Shown piece by piece: positions 25,601 to 38,460 of a stretch of DNA of 64,000 nucleotides (position 1 is its first letter; every line of letters starts with the position of its first letter). This DNA comes from Epiperipatus broadwayi (taxonomy: Eukaryota > Animalia > Onychophora): NCBI GenBank assembly GCA_028023455.1, contig JAQFVV010000005.1:14198001-14262000 (forward strand). The letters run 5' to 3'. The notes under the pieces were generated by a model, which saw nothing but the letters and a program-made list of their open reading frames with translations, did not search any database and had not been told where the DNA came from. Both the position numbers and the translations under genes were made by a program.

Positions 25601-27757
25601 ATGGCAGCCAGCCTAAGAGAAATAAGTAAAGAATTTTTTACTTCTGCCTACTATACATGTTAAATATTTTAATTATTTGAACTTTAGCTATTCAGAGAAA
25701 CCAGACATTTTTATAAACTTTGGTTAGAGTTACATATAATGCACCAGGAAATTTCATTCTAATGTAGTAGTAGTTATTTAGATATTAAAGAAAAAGCTAT
25801 GTTAACAAAACGAAATATAATAATATTTTTTAGCAATTTTAATCTCAGTAATTCTCATATAAAAGTATCATGAAAACAAGTCTTTCAAAGATAAGTTAAG
25901 ATATTAATTTGTCATTCAATAATGTTACAAACTATTTCCAACAACAGGTCTTAAATTTGTAGACTTTTTTAAAAAAGTTCATATCTTTAAAGTGCAAGTA
26001 AATATTGATTTAAACATGCCTGCACATCATTTACCACATACTTTTGAAAACTATTAAAATCATTAAAAATGTATACAATTTTATTTGTATGCATACACAC
26101 ATATATGTATATGTGCATGCCATGGTCTGTACAGAAGATTATATTTACATATGTACATACCTGCATAATAAATTGAGTTAAATGTACATTTAAGAATCTA
26201 TTTACTTTTTTTTTTTGCTTACTAACTTAATGACTAGCTTTAGCAGTATATAAAAGTCCTAAGTTTAAACTATCATTTTTATAGTAAAATTTTGTTTTTT
26301 ACAATCACACTCACTGGACCTTCCAATAGATTTGTTTTTTTATTATTATTGGTTTAATGCTAAAAGTTCTTCAGATTTGATGCTATTTTCTTTATTACTG
26401 CAGCAAACTTTTTATTTATCCATTTTCTGTTTCAATGTCTTTTATAATATTTGTATCTTGTTAAGCATAAATCTAGTCAATTCTTCTAAAGTGTTAAACT
26501 AAACTCTACTTCAGCATCTTAATTCTTTGATTGGTGTCTTTAATACCTATTAGTTCTTTAATCAAAGTGATGATGAAGTGAAGCTATGGAACAAAATTTG
26601 GATTAAATTTATAACATGGCACTTTTGATTGAAAATTGTGGAATGAACTTAGTCATTTCTCCAAAATATTTTACAGTGTTAAATTTTGATAGAATGGTAA
26701 TTCAATTATGGGAAAGCATATATGGTGACCAAATTTTACCACCATCTTTCGCAACTGAGCAAAACATTCTGGTTAATGGGCTTTTTATAGTGAGCATCAT
26801 TCATAAACTCAGAAAAAAATATAAGCATAAAATCCCTGATTTGAGGACTTATTACCATTATAAAGCAGTTTCTTTGTAATGATAATTGCTATTAACTTTT
26901 TGTTTGTGACAGTCACACAAGGTTGTTAGAATATGCAAATCTTGGGTGGGGAGTTTTCCTCTGCATAGGTTTTTTTTATTGTTTTTGTTGTAATCTTTAT
27001 TTTTTATATTAAATATTAATTTTTGATTATATTTCTTCCAATTATTTTTTTTTTATCTTTCAAGTTTTTGAAATTCAGTACTTTGTGAGATTGATATAAG
27101 TGCTCAGTTTTCCAAAGTTTGCCCATCAGATATATTCTTCAAGAAGTGAATGAATGCTCAGTGAAAAATTATTATAATTAATATTATATACATTTTAATC
27201 TTTTATGTTGATATCTGATTTCATTGATTTTTTTTTTTTAAAAAAAGTTTTTTTCAGAAAGTTTACTATTACATTTATTATTATATTTGTGTAAGGAAAT
27301 ACAATTACAAATTTTAAATTTTTATTAAATAAACAGTTAAACACAACTCTTTGTTTGTTTTTTATTCCAAATGGAAACATATATAAAAGTTTTCATGCAA
27401 ATTGTTACTAATTAGCAGTTTAAGATTATTGGGTGATATTTATTTGTTTTGAAAGTCAGATTCAACATTTGTTTTAGAATGAAACTCAATTTTTGTTTTT
27501 GTTTTTGTTTTTTTTCACCAATTATGGATAGGGTATATTCCACTATATATGACAGAACACTTTTTAATTGTAAAACCGTTAACATGTTTTTATATAGCTG
27601 AATTTATTGAAATTTATCTTCAGTAAATTTATTTTAATTTATTACGTCTATATAAATTGCATAAGTTCTTTACATTTTTATGTCATATTTAAAGAAAACA
27701 TTTCCAATTAAGTAAACTTAATACACTGCCCAAAGTAATGACATTAAAAATATACTA

Positions 27758-27780
27758 TTTACTTTTTTTTTTTATATAGG
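27758..27780 (+). promoter_or_regulatory. 3' splice acceptor opening the terminal exon of ZNF paralog 2
   Basis: T-tract + tatatAG|G at 27778-27780; homologous to 8578-8580. Confidence 0.6.
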
Positions 27781-28301
27781 TTGGCAGGAAAATCTTATCT
27801 GGAAAATTACATTTCTAAAAGACTTCAACTATCATTATTATTATATTCCTAGCAAGTTTTAGTACATGAGAATCTTTTTTGCAGGGAGGAAATGTAGCTC
27901 TTTATTGAAAACTGGTGAAGAAATTTGCTTTTGAAATACTAGAACAAATTTATGTAGAATGATTTATCTGTCTATTGAATGTTTTACCAATGAATAAAAA
28001 TGTTTATTGATGGGAAAGTTTTATAATGTAGCTAATGCAATGTTATTATCAATTACAAAGTGTCATTTAAAACACATTTCAAGAAATCTTGTAGTGTTAT
28101 ATAATTTCAACATTCATTTGAACATGCATGAAAAACTCATATGGGAAACATCTTTCCAGTACTCTCTACATATAATAAAGGCTTTTCAAAGAAATAGAAA
28201 AAAAAATATTACAACATATATGAAATGAGCTATTCTGGGGAGAAGTCTTTTCTGTGAACCATCTACAATTGCATGGCTATTCAAAAAAACTTATACATGA
28301 G

Positions 28302-29663
28302 ATGAGTTCTGCTAATGAAAAATCTTTTCAGTGTTCATTGTGTGATTACAAGACTGGCAAAAAGTACTATTTAATACTACATGAAAGAAATCATATGGGG
28401 AAAACCATCTTCAAATGTTCTGTATGTGACTACAAGACTATGATAAAAGATAGTTTAAAAGTACATAAAATAACTCATAAAGGAGAAATATCATTCCAGT
28501 GTGCCTTGTGTGATTTCAAGACACCAAGAAAAAATATTTTAAAATCACATGAAATAATTCATACAGGCAAAAAACGGCTTCAGTGTTCTTTGTGTGATTA
28601 CAAGACAGCTAGAAAAGCTCAGTTGAAACTCCATGAAATAAATCATACAGGAGAAAAACCATTTCAATGTACTTTGTGTGATTATAAGACAGCCAGAAAA
28701 AGTCATCTAAAATCGCATGAAATAATTCATACAGATAAAAAATCATTTCAGTGTTCTCTGTGTGATTACAAAACAGCCAGAAAATCCCAATTGAAATCAC
28801 ATGAAATAATTCATACAGGAAAAAAACCATTTCAATGTTGTTTTTGTGATTACAAGACAACCAGGAAAGCTCAGTTGAAATCACATGAAATAATTCATAA
28901 TAAAAAACAAATGTTTCAATGTTCTTTATGTGATTACAAAACTTTTCATAAGAATTATTTTAAAATACATGAAATATGTCACAATGCAGAAAATCCATTG
29001 CAGTGCTCTATATGTGATTTTAAGGCTATTACAAAATATAGTTTAAAACTTCATGAAATAACTCATGGAGAAAAATTCCAGTGCAACTGGTGCAGTTACA
29101 ACACAACAGTAAAAAGTGATTTAAAATTACATGAAAGATTTCATACTGAAGAACTTTTTGAATGCACCTTGTGTGATTTCAAGACTGGCATTAAAAAAAG
29201 TTCAAAAAGACATCAGAGGACTCATTCAGGCAAAATGCCTTTCCAGTGCATCATGCGTAAGACTGCTATAAAACCTCGTTTGATATTACCTAAAATAAAT
29301 CACATTGATATAAAATCTTTTCAATACAGCACATGCAACTACAGTTATGCCCAAAAAGCCATTTTAGAAAGACAAGAAAAAAATCATTTGAAGGAAAATA
29401 TACTCAATTGCAATTTATGTGATTATAAAACATTTGGACATAGTCTGGGAACATCTACAAATAATAATGATGTGAATCATGTTTCATTGTATTTAGATAT
29501 TAATAAAACAAAAAAATCCAATGAAGACTATCAAATGAATACTGAAATGCTTAAATGTTGTTTGTGTGATTACAAAGTTTCTGAAAAAAATATTTTGGAC
29601 AATCACGAAGCAAATCATTTCTCTCATCTTGAGACTATTGAGCTTCTTATACAATTCCATTAA
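28302..29663 (+). CDS. C2H2 zinc-finger array protein, paralog 2: 11 tandem canonical fingers, 3 degenerate fingers and 1 terminal finger
   Basis: Open frame 28254-29663; first in-frame ATG at 28302. The ATG orthologous to paralog 1 (28273) is out of frame by 1 nt across an A7 run. C-terminus (..EMLKCCLCDYKV.EK.ILDNHEANHFSH) is nearly identical to paralog 1. Confidence 0.85.
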   Translation: MSSANEKSFQCSLCDYKTGKKYYLILHERNHMGKTIFKCSVCDYKTMIKDSLKVHKITHKGEISFQCALCDFKTPRKNILKSHEIIHTGKKRLQCSLCDYKTARKAQLKLHEINHTGEKPFQCTLCDYKTARKSHLKSHEIIHTDKKSFQCSLCDYKTARKSQLKSHEIIHTGKKPFQCCFCDYKTTRKAQLKSHEIIHNKKQMFQCSLCDYKTFHKNYFKIHEICHNAENPLQCSICDFKAITKYSLKLHEITHGEKFQCNWCSYNTTVKSDLKLHERFHTEELFECTLCDFKTGIKKSSKRHQRTHSGKMPFQCIMRKTAIKPRLILPKINHIDIKSFQYSTCNYSYAQKAILERQEKNHLKENILNCNLCDYKTFGHSLGTSTNNNDVNHVSLYLDINKTKKSNEDYQMNTEMLKCCLCDYKVSEKNILDNHEANHFSHLETIELLIQFH

Positions 29664-29949
29664 TTCAGTTTTAAAACCACTTTGTTTACAATAACTTGTT
29701 TAATGAAAATTTAAAATAATGTAAGTGTTAAATATTATTTTAAAATAACTTGCTTTTTAAAATGATAAATTCTTTTGGAATCGCTTAACTGTAATTAAAG
29801 ACAAAAAGTAACCAATGTGTTATGTATTTTTGAGACCTTGATTGGAATTTATCTGAAGGATCTAATGACTAGAAATAAACGTCAGAGTAGAAAGTTAAAT
29901 AAATCAAGTGGATATGAAAAATAAGAAGAGAATCTATCTTTTTCTCATG

Positions 29950-30030
29950 TGTGTGGTCATGTGTATCGGTTGCTTGAGATAGAGTGATGGATGATTAGAC
30001 TGAAAAATTCTGAGTTCAAATCCTTCTATT
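29950..30030 (+). mobile_element. Probable tRNA-derived SINE head remnant; related copies at ~30541-30570 and ~30940-31030
   Basis: B-box-like GAGTTCAAATCC at 30012-30023 in a tRNA-like context, repeated three times locally. No complete cloverleaf. Confidence 0.4.
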
Positions 30031-33000
30031 TAATTATAACTTCTTAAATAAAAATAACTATATTTATTACGTTTAACAAATGTTATGTTTTTTTTTTTAT
30101 ATAGATAATAAAAATGATTATTTTATTGTAATAAACATACAAGTACTGAAAAATTTCCTCTACAAGAGTGTCTATATGTAAGTCACTCTTTGCCATGATT
30201 ATTAAAACTCAATGCTGTCTTTGGATTTTAAAAATATGAATAGAAATTGTCCAAAGTGTTAGATATTATATGGTTGATACAACTAATTTTTAGATAATTT
30301 TCTAACAATGCAAGACTAACATTTATGTTAGTCAATGCATTTTAAGGGATTTTTTTTTTTTTTTGGTTTATATATTTTAAATCTATTCAAGGATTTTTCC
30401 AGTATATTTAAAGAACTAGTTCAATATCTCTACAATATTCAGATTTATCATTTGCTTGAGTTAGAAGTTACTTAAATAATATTTCTTTTTATTAGTGAAC
30501 TACCACCCATTAGTCAAAGAAAAATTGTACTATAATTATGCTTGAAAGTCTGAGTTCAAATCCTCTATATTTCCAATTATGTTCCAGGTATGTGAAGAAT
30601 GCCAATATTTCAAATATTTACACATTAAGCTTGCATCCTGCCCATCCTTCTGTATATTTAAATGGATAAGGTCCTATGAATGAGGGGTCAGAATGACTTG
30701 AAGTCAACATGGGCATGGCAGTAATATTGGCATCAGTATGGGATTTGGGTTTTCCATCATCAGATTTTAGCTGAACAGTTGGAGGTTGTAGTGGATTGTC
30801 CTTTAAAGTATGAAGATTTGCTATCTTAATATAAACTGAACACTGATTATATATATATATATATGGGAGATGATAATCTGGACCAACTGATGTGTGCTGG
30901 TTTAGCATGAAATGCGTATATTGGTGATTATTTATCTTTTCTACATGTATGTGATCATGTGTATCAGTGGTATGAGATAGTATGGATAGTTGTAGAGTGA
31001 TTGAAAGTCTGAATTCAAATCCCCTATATTTATAATTAAATTAGTATTTACACACATTTCAAAATAAAATGAAAGAAAAATCAAGTTCAATGTAAACTTA
31101 TAAGTCTAATTGCTATGAGCCTGCCTAATTTATTTTCTCTATTTCATTTTGAGATTTATTAAATTTCTAATCAGTGCTGCAATTATTCTTAAAAAAATTA
31201 CAAGAAAATCTTCATTCATTATATTGGCATATATAGATCTTCCATCTACTTGTTTTTGGTTCTAGGATTAGTTCTACAGATTTTCTTTTTATCATGCACA
31301 TCTTTGAATTGTCATTTAATCTTCTGGACTGTGCTTTTTATCTTTATTATGGATTAAGTGAAGATTTGATAACACTTTTTAAAAATAATGCTTCATGAAG
31401 AAGAGCTATGATTTTCAAGGTCTTGAAGGTGATCACTTTCGTGCATTAGGATGATCTTTTAGATTTTATATCAATTATTATTTTATTTCTGGTATAGTAC
31501 AAGATTAATTTTATTAATTAAAGTAATGAAATTTACATTGTGCTAGAATTTGCCTTCAATCCAAGGCTCTGATTTCAATTAAAAATTAAAATTTCATTTA
31601 AAATGGCCCTAAAATGCAAAGTTAATGATGATAACTATTTTGTCAATCTTAAAAGAAGCCATGATGTGCTTCATTTGTATGATAAAATGAAAAATAATTA
31701 ATTTTTTAAAAAAAGTAAAAGAAAATTTTTTACTAGTATTATTTGTGTTCTAGGGTCGCTGAAGTTGAGAGCACTGTACTTAGAAACTTAGATTTATGAA
31801 TGAAATGTGTTAGCAGAATGTTTTGATTATCATTAATATATTGGGTAAAATTTTTGAGTCTACGAAACAACTATGAACAGAAAGATTATTCTCATAAACA
31901 GAATTCAGTACCAAGTGATCTGGAATTAAATATTCTTTATTTCAATATCAATTTTGATCATAAGAAGATGGGAGCAAATTTTATTTTTAACCGTGATTGA
32001 CTGAATATATACACTGATATATGACCTAACTTGGATACAGTATAATATATTCACGTATAAATGTGCTCTCAATTTCTTCAAAGCTTTTTTTCATAAATGC
32101 ATTCTAATTTTTTGTTGATGTATTTATGTTATACTAATAGCACAATTATGCTTCATTTCTTTTCAATAAATTAAACAAAACAACAGCCCATTATATGATT
32201 TATTTAGTTGATTAGTTATGTCACTTAGGATAAATTATCCTATTTTTTACTTACTAGATAAAGATGCAGAACATTGAAATTCCAGCTGGATCCCTATTTA
32301 AAATTATTCACATTTTCAAAATGACAATCCCAAACAAAAATTGAAGATTTTTTTATTATCACTGGTTCATTAAACATTCAAATTGTTTCAACATTATTTA
32401 GTAAATCAATATCTTCAAGGAAATATCTTGGACTAAATGCATTATTTTGTAATAAATTAGCACAATCACCTAATAAAGGAATTTTTTCTGAACTACATAA
32501 ATCTCTTTTCTCTGTATCCAAATACAAACTTACTTTTTAATAAATTTAATACCCAGTCACAGAATTTCTAAAATTATACTGATTTATTTATAATTATTTA
32601 GATTGTATAAAATATTAATTTATGTAATTTAGATATATTTCATAAACCAAGAAGACAATAATAAGTACAATCTTGATAATTTAATTGCCTAATTTTAGAT
32701 CTGAAGATTATCAAAAATCATAATAAAGTATGGATAATCCTGTAATACAATCATAAAAATGGTAGAAAAATAGTAATTGATCTTTTTACTTATTTGCTCA
32801 GTTTTTACTTCACCTCCCCCCCCCCTAATGATTTATTGTCTCAGTGAACCATGAGGTTGACTAATTAGTTTATTGATTTAACAAAAACTGGGCCAGAGAT
32901 TAGTAAAGATATAATATTAAATCCAACAAATTTACTCTTCTTTTCTAAATACAAATATGTATCCATTACACACAAGCTTTTGGTGAAATATCATCTGGGT

Positions 33001-34315
33001 TCAAGAAAAAAATAATTTTTTTCTCTAGCTTTTAATCAGGCTTAGAGGTTTGTTTTAGGCAACTGGTAGTAAGTCAGTCCAATTAAGTATCCAATATTGG
33101 TAATAAATGGCTATCCATTAATAAAGGGTAAATCAAGAATAAAAAGCTTTTCAAATCCTCACTACCTGTTAATTAGAAGGCCTGGTGAGTAATCCTTTTT
33201 TTTCATTATTCCTCTAGAAGGATTTTGTTGGGAAGGTTGTTATATTTCAGCTGGTTGATTAAAGACTTACTTTTATATATAAATTCATTGAAAGCAGTTA
33301 ATACTTAGATAATGATCAACAATCTCAATGTTATCCAGACGACCTTTTAACAATAATGGTGGAAATCAACCTTTATGGACTAATTTGTTTATATAGACAC
33401 TAAAAATTGCAAACTACAGAGAGTGAAATTATTGATACAAAGAAGTTTAAATAAACCTCAAAACAACAAGTAAATATAACCTGTTCTGGATGCAGGCTAA
33501 CAAATAGTCAATTATAACATTCATACTGCAATTATAATTTTTAACTAAACTGCACTCCTACAATAATAATGCTCAAGGCTAGTTGGATTTATAAATGTAA
33601 ATTCATTGAAAGCAGTCAACATTTAGACAATCTCAATAACAATCAACAACACATTTTACAATTTATATATACATATTTCTGTTTTTCATACACTTTTTTA
33701 AATCAATACAAAATTAATTTAAAAGGTCTTTGCCAAATACAACTATTATTATTTTTATAATATTTACTGATAGATTTAGTACACACATGATTGTAAATCT
33801 TTAAGAATATCTAGGCCATTAAAGATTAGTTTAAGAATTAATGAAAATTTTAAAGTATCTTATAAAGGATTAATAGGAAATTTGATTTATATTTAGTTTG
33901 GGATTAGGCCTGATTAATGACTTGTTATAAAATATAACTAATTATTTTAAAATGTACTAATAATGGTTCTAAGATGAAATAAAACAACTATATTGAAAAC
34001 AAAATGATGGACAAATTTATGTTTGACCATTGTTAAGGATTATAAAATGTACTAGAAGCATTTTAAAAACAATTTATTGGAAACAGCATTTTAAGATTAA
34101 GGCATGAAAATAACCATGAAAGTTTTAAACTCTGTACAAGCTTTTGTTGATGCTGACGTAAATCATGGAAAAAATATATTATGGATTTATTTTAAAAGTA
34201 AATGAAAATAGTCAATGGTCTCATAATGAAGGCTAGCAATAGTCTATAGACTTGCTTCCTTATAAGAAGAATGTTTATTTGTACATTATTATGTTTCCAG
34301 TTTGGGTTCATAGAT

Positions 34316-34550
34316 TTATAGTTAACTGAAAAGTTAAGATGGCTGCTGGAGAGATGCATTAGTTTCAAATAGTTAATTGCAGTCTCTCAGATACCAAGGC
34401 TCCTCACTGATGAAAATCATAAGCTAGAAACTAGTCTGGGGAAATTGGATGAGTAGACACTATATAGGGATTTTATGCACAAACCATCTTGCATCCATTG
34501 ATTACTATGGTTTACAATAGATAGTACTATTGTACCGAGAAAGTTGCTAC
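34316..34550 (+). mobile_element. Older, diverged copy of family 1 with a decayed hammerhead motif (34401-34442)
   Basis: tcctca-CTGATGA-aaatcataagcta-GAAAC-TA-GTC-tgggga followed by tagggattttatgcacaa..gcatccattgattact. Stem II is disrupted. Confidence 0.75.
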
Positions 34551-35644
34551 TGTGTTCGATTAATATTAAGAAAATACATATATGATTAAATATATCTAAA
34601 ATTTTGAAGAATAGTAAATCCTATGTTGGCTATAATCCAAGAATGAGGAAAACAATTAAAATATTTAACAATAGTATTTTATGCTTATTTGATAATAGCA
34701 AATCTTAATACAAGTATTCAGGGTAAAAAAAATCACATGATTAAAACAGTACGACTGACATCTTTTGCAAGAGAAAATAAAAATTATTAATACTCATTAG
34801 CAAAATAAACAGCGCCTCTAGCGGCCACATAGCAGGTCGGGTTAGAGTACCGAATATTAAATAATTTACAAAATTAGCTTTAAACGTTTTAAATTGGAGA
34901 TTTGACCCCAGACTTTCAAGCTCCCTTCAGTTATCCACTCCATCTTGGTATATTTTAAGTATTAGATACTGGACTTTTTGTACATGTAAAGAGTAATGTA
35001 CAGAATGTTACTTATTGATTTTATTTTTTATAGAAATGTACCTGTTTTTAATAACTTGATTTTGTTTATAAATCAGATTTTATGTGCAATATATTTATAT
35101 ATCTGTCCAAATATAAATTTGACATCAAAATAATATATATTTTTAAGGATCAAATAAACATTTAAAGTATGTTGCTCATAAAGCAATAATAAAAAGACTT
35201 GACTAAATCTTATATGCATCAATTAAAAATTCTTAATATTACTTTTAGCGAAATGTTCACAGTAGTTGTTTTTTTTACTGTATACATATTACATATATTA
35301 GCTATTCTAAATTAAATAGAAATGAGTTTTGGATTGAACTGCCTATGCTAATTAAGAATGAAGATTCGTGATTTAGAAATATTTACATTAAGCTTTAGTG
35401 ATTACTGCATTCTGGAACATAACCCATTGTTAATAGACTGAGCATGTGATGTATTACAGTTCGGACAGGATCATTTATTTGATGGCATTGAACCACTGAT
35501 ATTATAGCCGTATAGTATAGTCGTCATTGTGTTAACCATTAATTTTGCTATTGTTTGGACATTTAATTTACTGAATCCTTATTTCCAGAAAGTAATTTTC
35601 CTAAACTTATTGCTTGCAGACAAGACCACTATCTGGTAAGGAAT

Positions 35645-38460
35645 ATCATTATCATTTTCAATTATTATCAATCCACTGCAAAATGAAGATCTTTCCAAGT
35701 TTAATGTGGCTTCATTGATATTTAGTCTCTTTGCTCCATAGTGCACTTCTTTATTTCAAATATGGTCTCTTTCTAGGTCAATCTCTTGGAATTCAGTTTT
35801 AAGATTTCAACTGACCATCTATTATTTCTTCTACTAGTATCTTCAGCCCAGATCTACTTGAGTTTCTTAATTCTTGCAATCATGCCAGTAATACTTGTTT
35901 GTTTTCTCACCCATATATTTCAGTTTCTTCTCTTACTCCTAATACTTCTTTTCATACTTCATTGAATCATCTGAAGTTTCTGTAATGTTCTATTAGGTGT
36001 CCAAGACTCAGATCCAAAAGTGAAAATTGTAAAACACGTATATTAAAAACCTTTTTTCAAAGACATAATTTTCTTTTAATATTAAGTTATTTCTACTAAA
36101 AGCATTCCATCAAGTTTAATTCTATAATTAATTTCATACATTATGTTTCCATCTGTAATAATAATCTTAAGATATTTATAGTTGTTAACTTCTTGTAATT
36201 CATTATCTTTTTTTAAGAAAATGGATTGAACATTAATCTTTTTAGCATTTATTTTTAGTCTTTTAACTTTCATCTGATCTCTTGTAACATTTCCTAAAGA
36301 CCTAAAGCATTATTTGTAAAAATAACTACATCATCTAGATGACTTAAATAAGCATTTATTTTTATAGCGTCTGTATACAATTTGTAATTACATTCATATC
36401 GGCCTTTCAAGCCAATTGTGCAAATGCTTTGCGAGTGTTAAATAATAAATGAATACCCTCTGCCCAATACAAAATATAGAATTTATGCAGGAATAAAAAG
36501 AATCCTCTTATTCCTACGACTCAGATATTTATTTATGAGCAAATCTGAAGTACTGGCACAGAAGGTGTGACAATATAACAGTCACTTTAAATTACTATAT
36601 ACAATGTCTGAATGAATGATGCCGATGAAATTTTCTAGAATTTACTAAGCGTCATTCCAACTGAAACTTATTATTTAACACTCGCAAAGCGTTTGCACAA
36701 TTGGCTTGAAAGGCCGATATGAATGTAATTACAAATTGTATACAGACGCTATAAAAATAAATGCTTATTTATATATATGATTAAGTTTCAGTTGGAATGA
36801 CGCTTAGTAAATTCTAGAAAATTTCATCGGCATCATTCATTCAGACATTGTATATAGTAATTTAAAGTGACTGTTATATTGTCACACCTTCTGTGCCAGT
36901 ATTTCAGATTTGCTCATATATAAATATTTGAGTCATAGGAATAAGAGGATTCTTTTTATTCCTGCATAAATTCTATATCTTGTATTGGGCAGAGGGTATT
37001 CATTTATTATTTAACACTCACAAAGTGTTTGCACAATTGGCTTGAAAGGCCTAGATGACTTAAATAATCTCGATTTATTTTTACTCCCTTAAATTCCCAT
37101 TTTAATCCAAAAAGTACTTATTGTAAAAACTGCTGTAAAAAGATTTGGAGATATGGAATCATCCTGTCATACACTCTTCTCAATGTTAATCTTCTTAGTA
37201 TTATTATGGAATCTAATCATTGCTTTTGTGCTTTGATAAATATTTTTCAGAATATAACCATGCTCTAGGTCTACATCTTGATGATATAATGCTTTAATTC
37301 ACTGAGGAAATGTTTATACAATGAAATATTTTTTCATAATTTACAAATTCAAAGCATAATGAACTCATATTCATTGGTCCTTTCTATAATTTCTCGCAAT
37401 ACTTGGATGTGACCCATTGTGCTAAAGCCACTTTTCAATTTAGTTTGTTTCTTTGATTGGTTAAAATCCAAAATTTATTGTAGATGAGTTGTAATTATCT
37501 TGATAAAAATTTTGTATAGAACTAATCTGATAGGTTTGTATTTTTTTAATATCTTCTTTATTTTTTTTAAATATCTATTACTGCATTTTTCCAATCATCT
37601 TGCTACATTTTTATCATTTAAAAATTTGGTTTATAACTTTGTTAACAATTTTTTTATTTCATCATCTGCTTTTAAATTATTGATTATAATTCCATCATTA
37701 CCTGGAGTTTTTCCCTTTCACAGATTTAATTGTAAAGGATGCTATCCCTTCTTTTTTATTGCTATGTAATTTTTTATAGAACTCTTCTACACATTTCATA
37801 ATGCCATTTTTCTTTTTACTAATAGTCACATATTAGTGCAGGAATAAATTTTCTTCCAAAATCAACATGTTGCTTTATATATTTGAGATTTTTATTCACT
37901 TCTATATTTTTCTATGCTAATTCATATTTTCTTGTACCATTTTACAAAACTAAATATTCAATTCTACTTAATGGATCATTTTTTTATATTCTTTCTTTTC
38001 AAAAATTGTCTATATAGAAATTTGATTGGTCAATTTGCTGATTTTTTTCTATCAGCTATTTTTGTTGCAGTTCTTAATAGTTTATCAGTAATTTTCCTAT
38101 TTATTTTGTTCAATCTGAATCATCTTGAAAAATCTGCTATTATTTTAAAATGATCCGCAAATTCTGATGTAATTTCATTGGAATGTTTCTGAAAGTTAGA
38201 AATATGAATTATGAATAGTTTTTCTTAATAATTTTTCTCTCTCTAGTTTTGCTCTAACACGTATCTTATTTATTGCTCAGTAATTGATTATCACTTTCTG
38301 TGTTGAATTTATTAAGAACCTTACAATCTTGAAATACATATTTTCTGTTAGTTAAAATATAATCCAGTTCTGCTGTATCTTCATTTGGATGCTTCCATGT
38401 TCATTTCTTTTGAGTATTTTTCACAAAGAAAAAATTCATAACTCCACAAGTTTGTCTTTT
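35645..38460 (-). mobile_element. Decayed RTE-clade LINE (APE C-terminus, RT and 3' tail), interrupted by the 36.35-37.07 kb insertion
   Basis: Minus-strand motifs ELDYILTNRK..KFNTESD (APE), PGNDG, GFSTMGHI, SV*QDDSISPNLF and GVKINRDYLSHL|DDVVI (RT). 3' end cagtggattgataat... matches the other RTE ends in the window. Confidence 0.8.
36335..37067. mobile_element. Inverted plus tandem non-coding insertion, family 3 (~336 nt unit), with a 17-bp TSD
   Basis: 36345-36448 is inverted at 36668-36771, and 36401-36670 is inverted at 36782-37051. CTAGATGACTTAAATAA occurs at 36335-36351 and 37051-37067. The host RTE reading frame resumes across the insertion. Confidence 0.85.

Noticed and set aside
29950-31030. 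tRNA genes
   Set aside because: Only B-box-like motifs are present and no cloverleaf can be folded; treated as SINE remnants.
36600-36660. Possible hammerhead in family 3 (ccgatga-aattttctagaattt-actaagcgtc)
   Set aside because: The core is CCGATGA rather than CTGANGA, there is no GAAA, and stem I cannot form without consuming the GTC.
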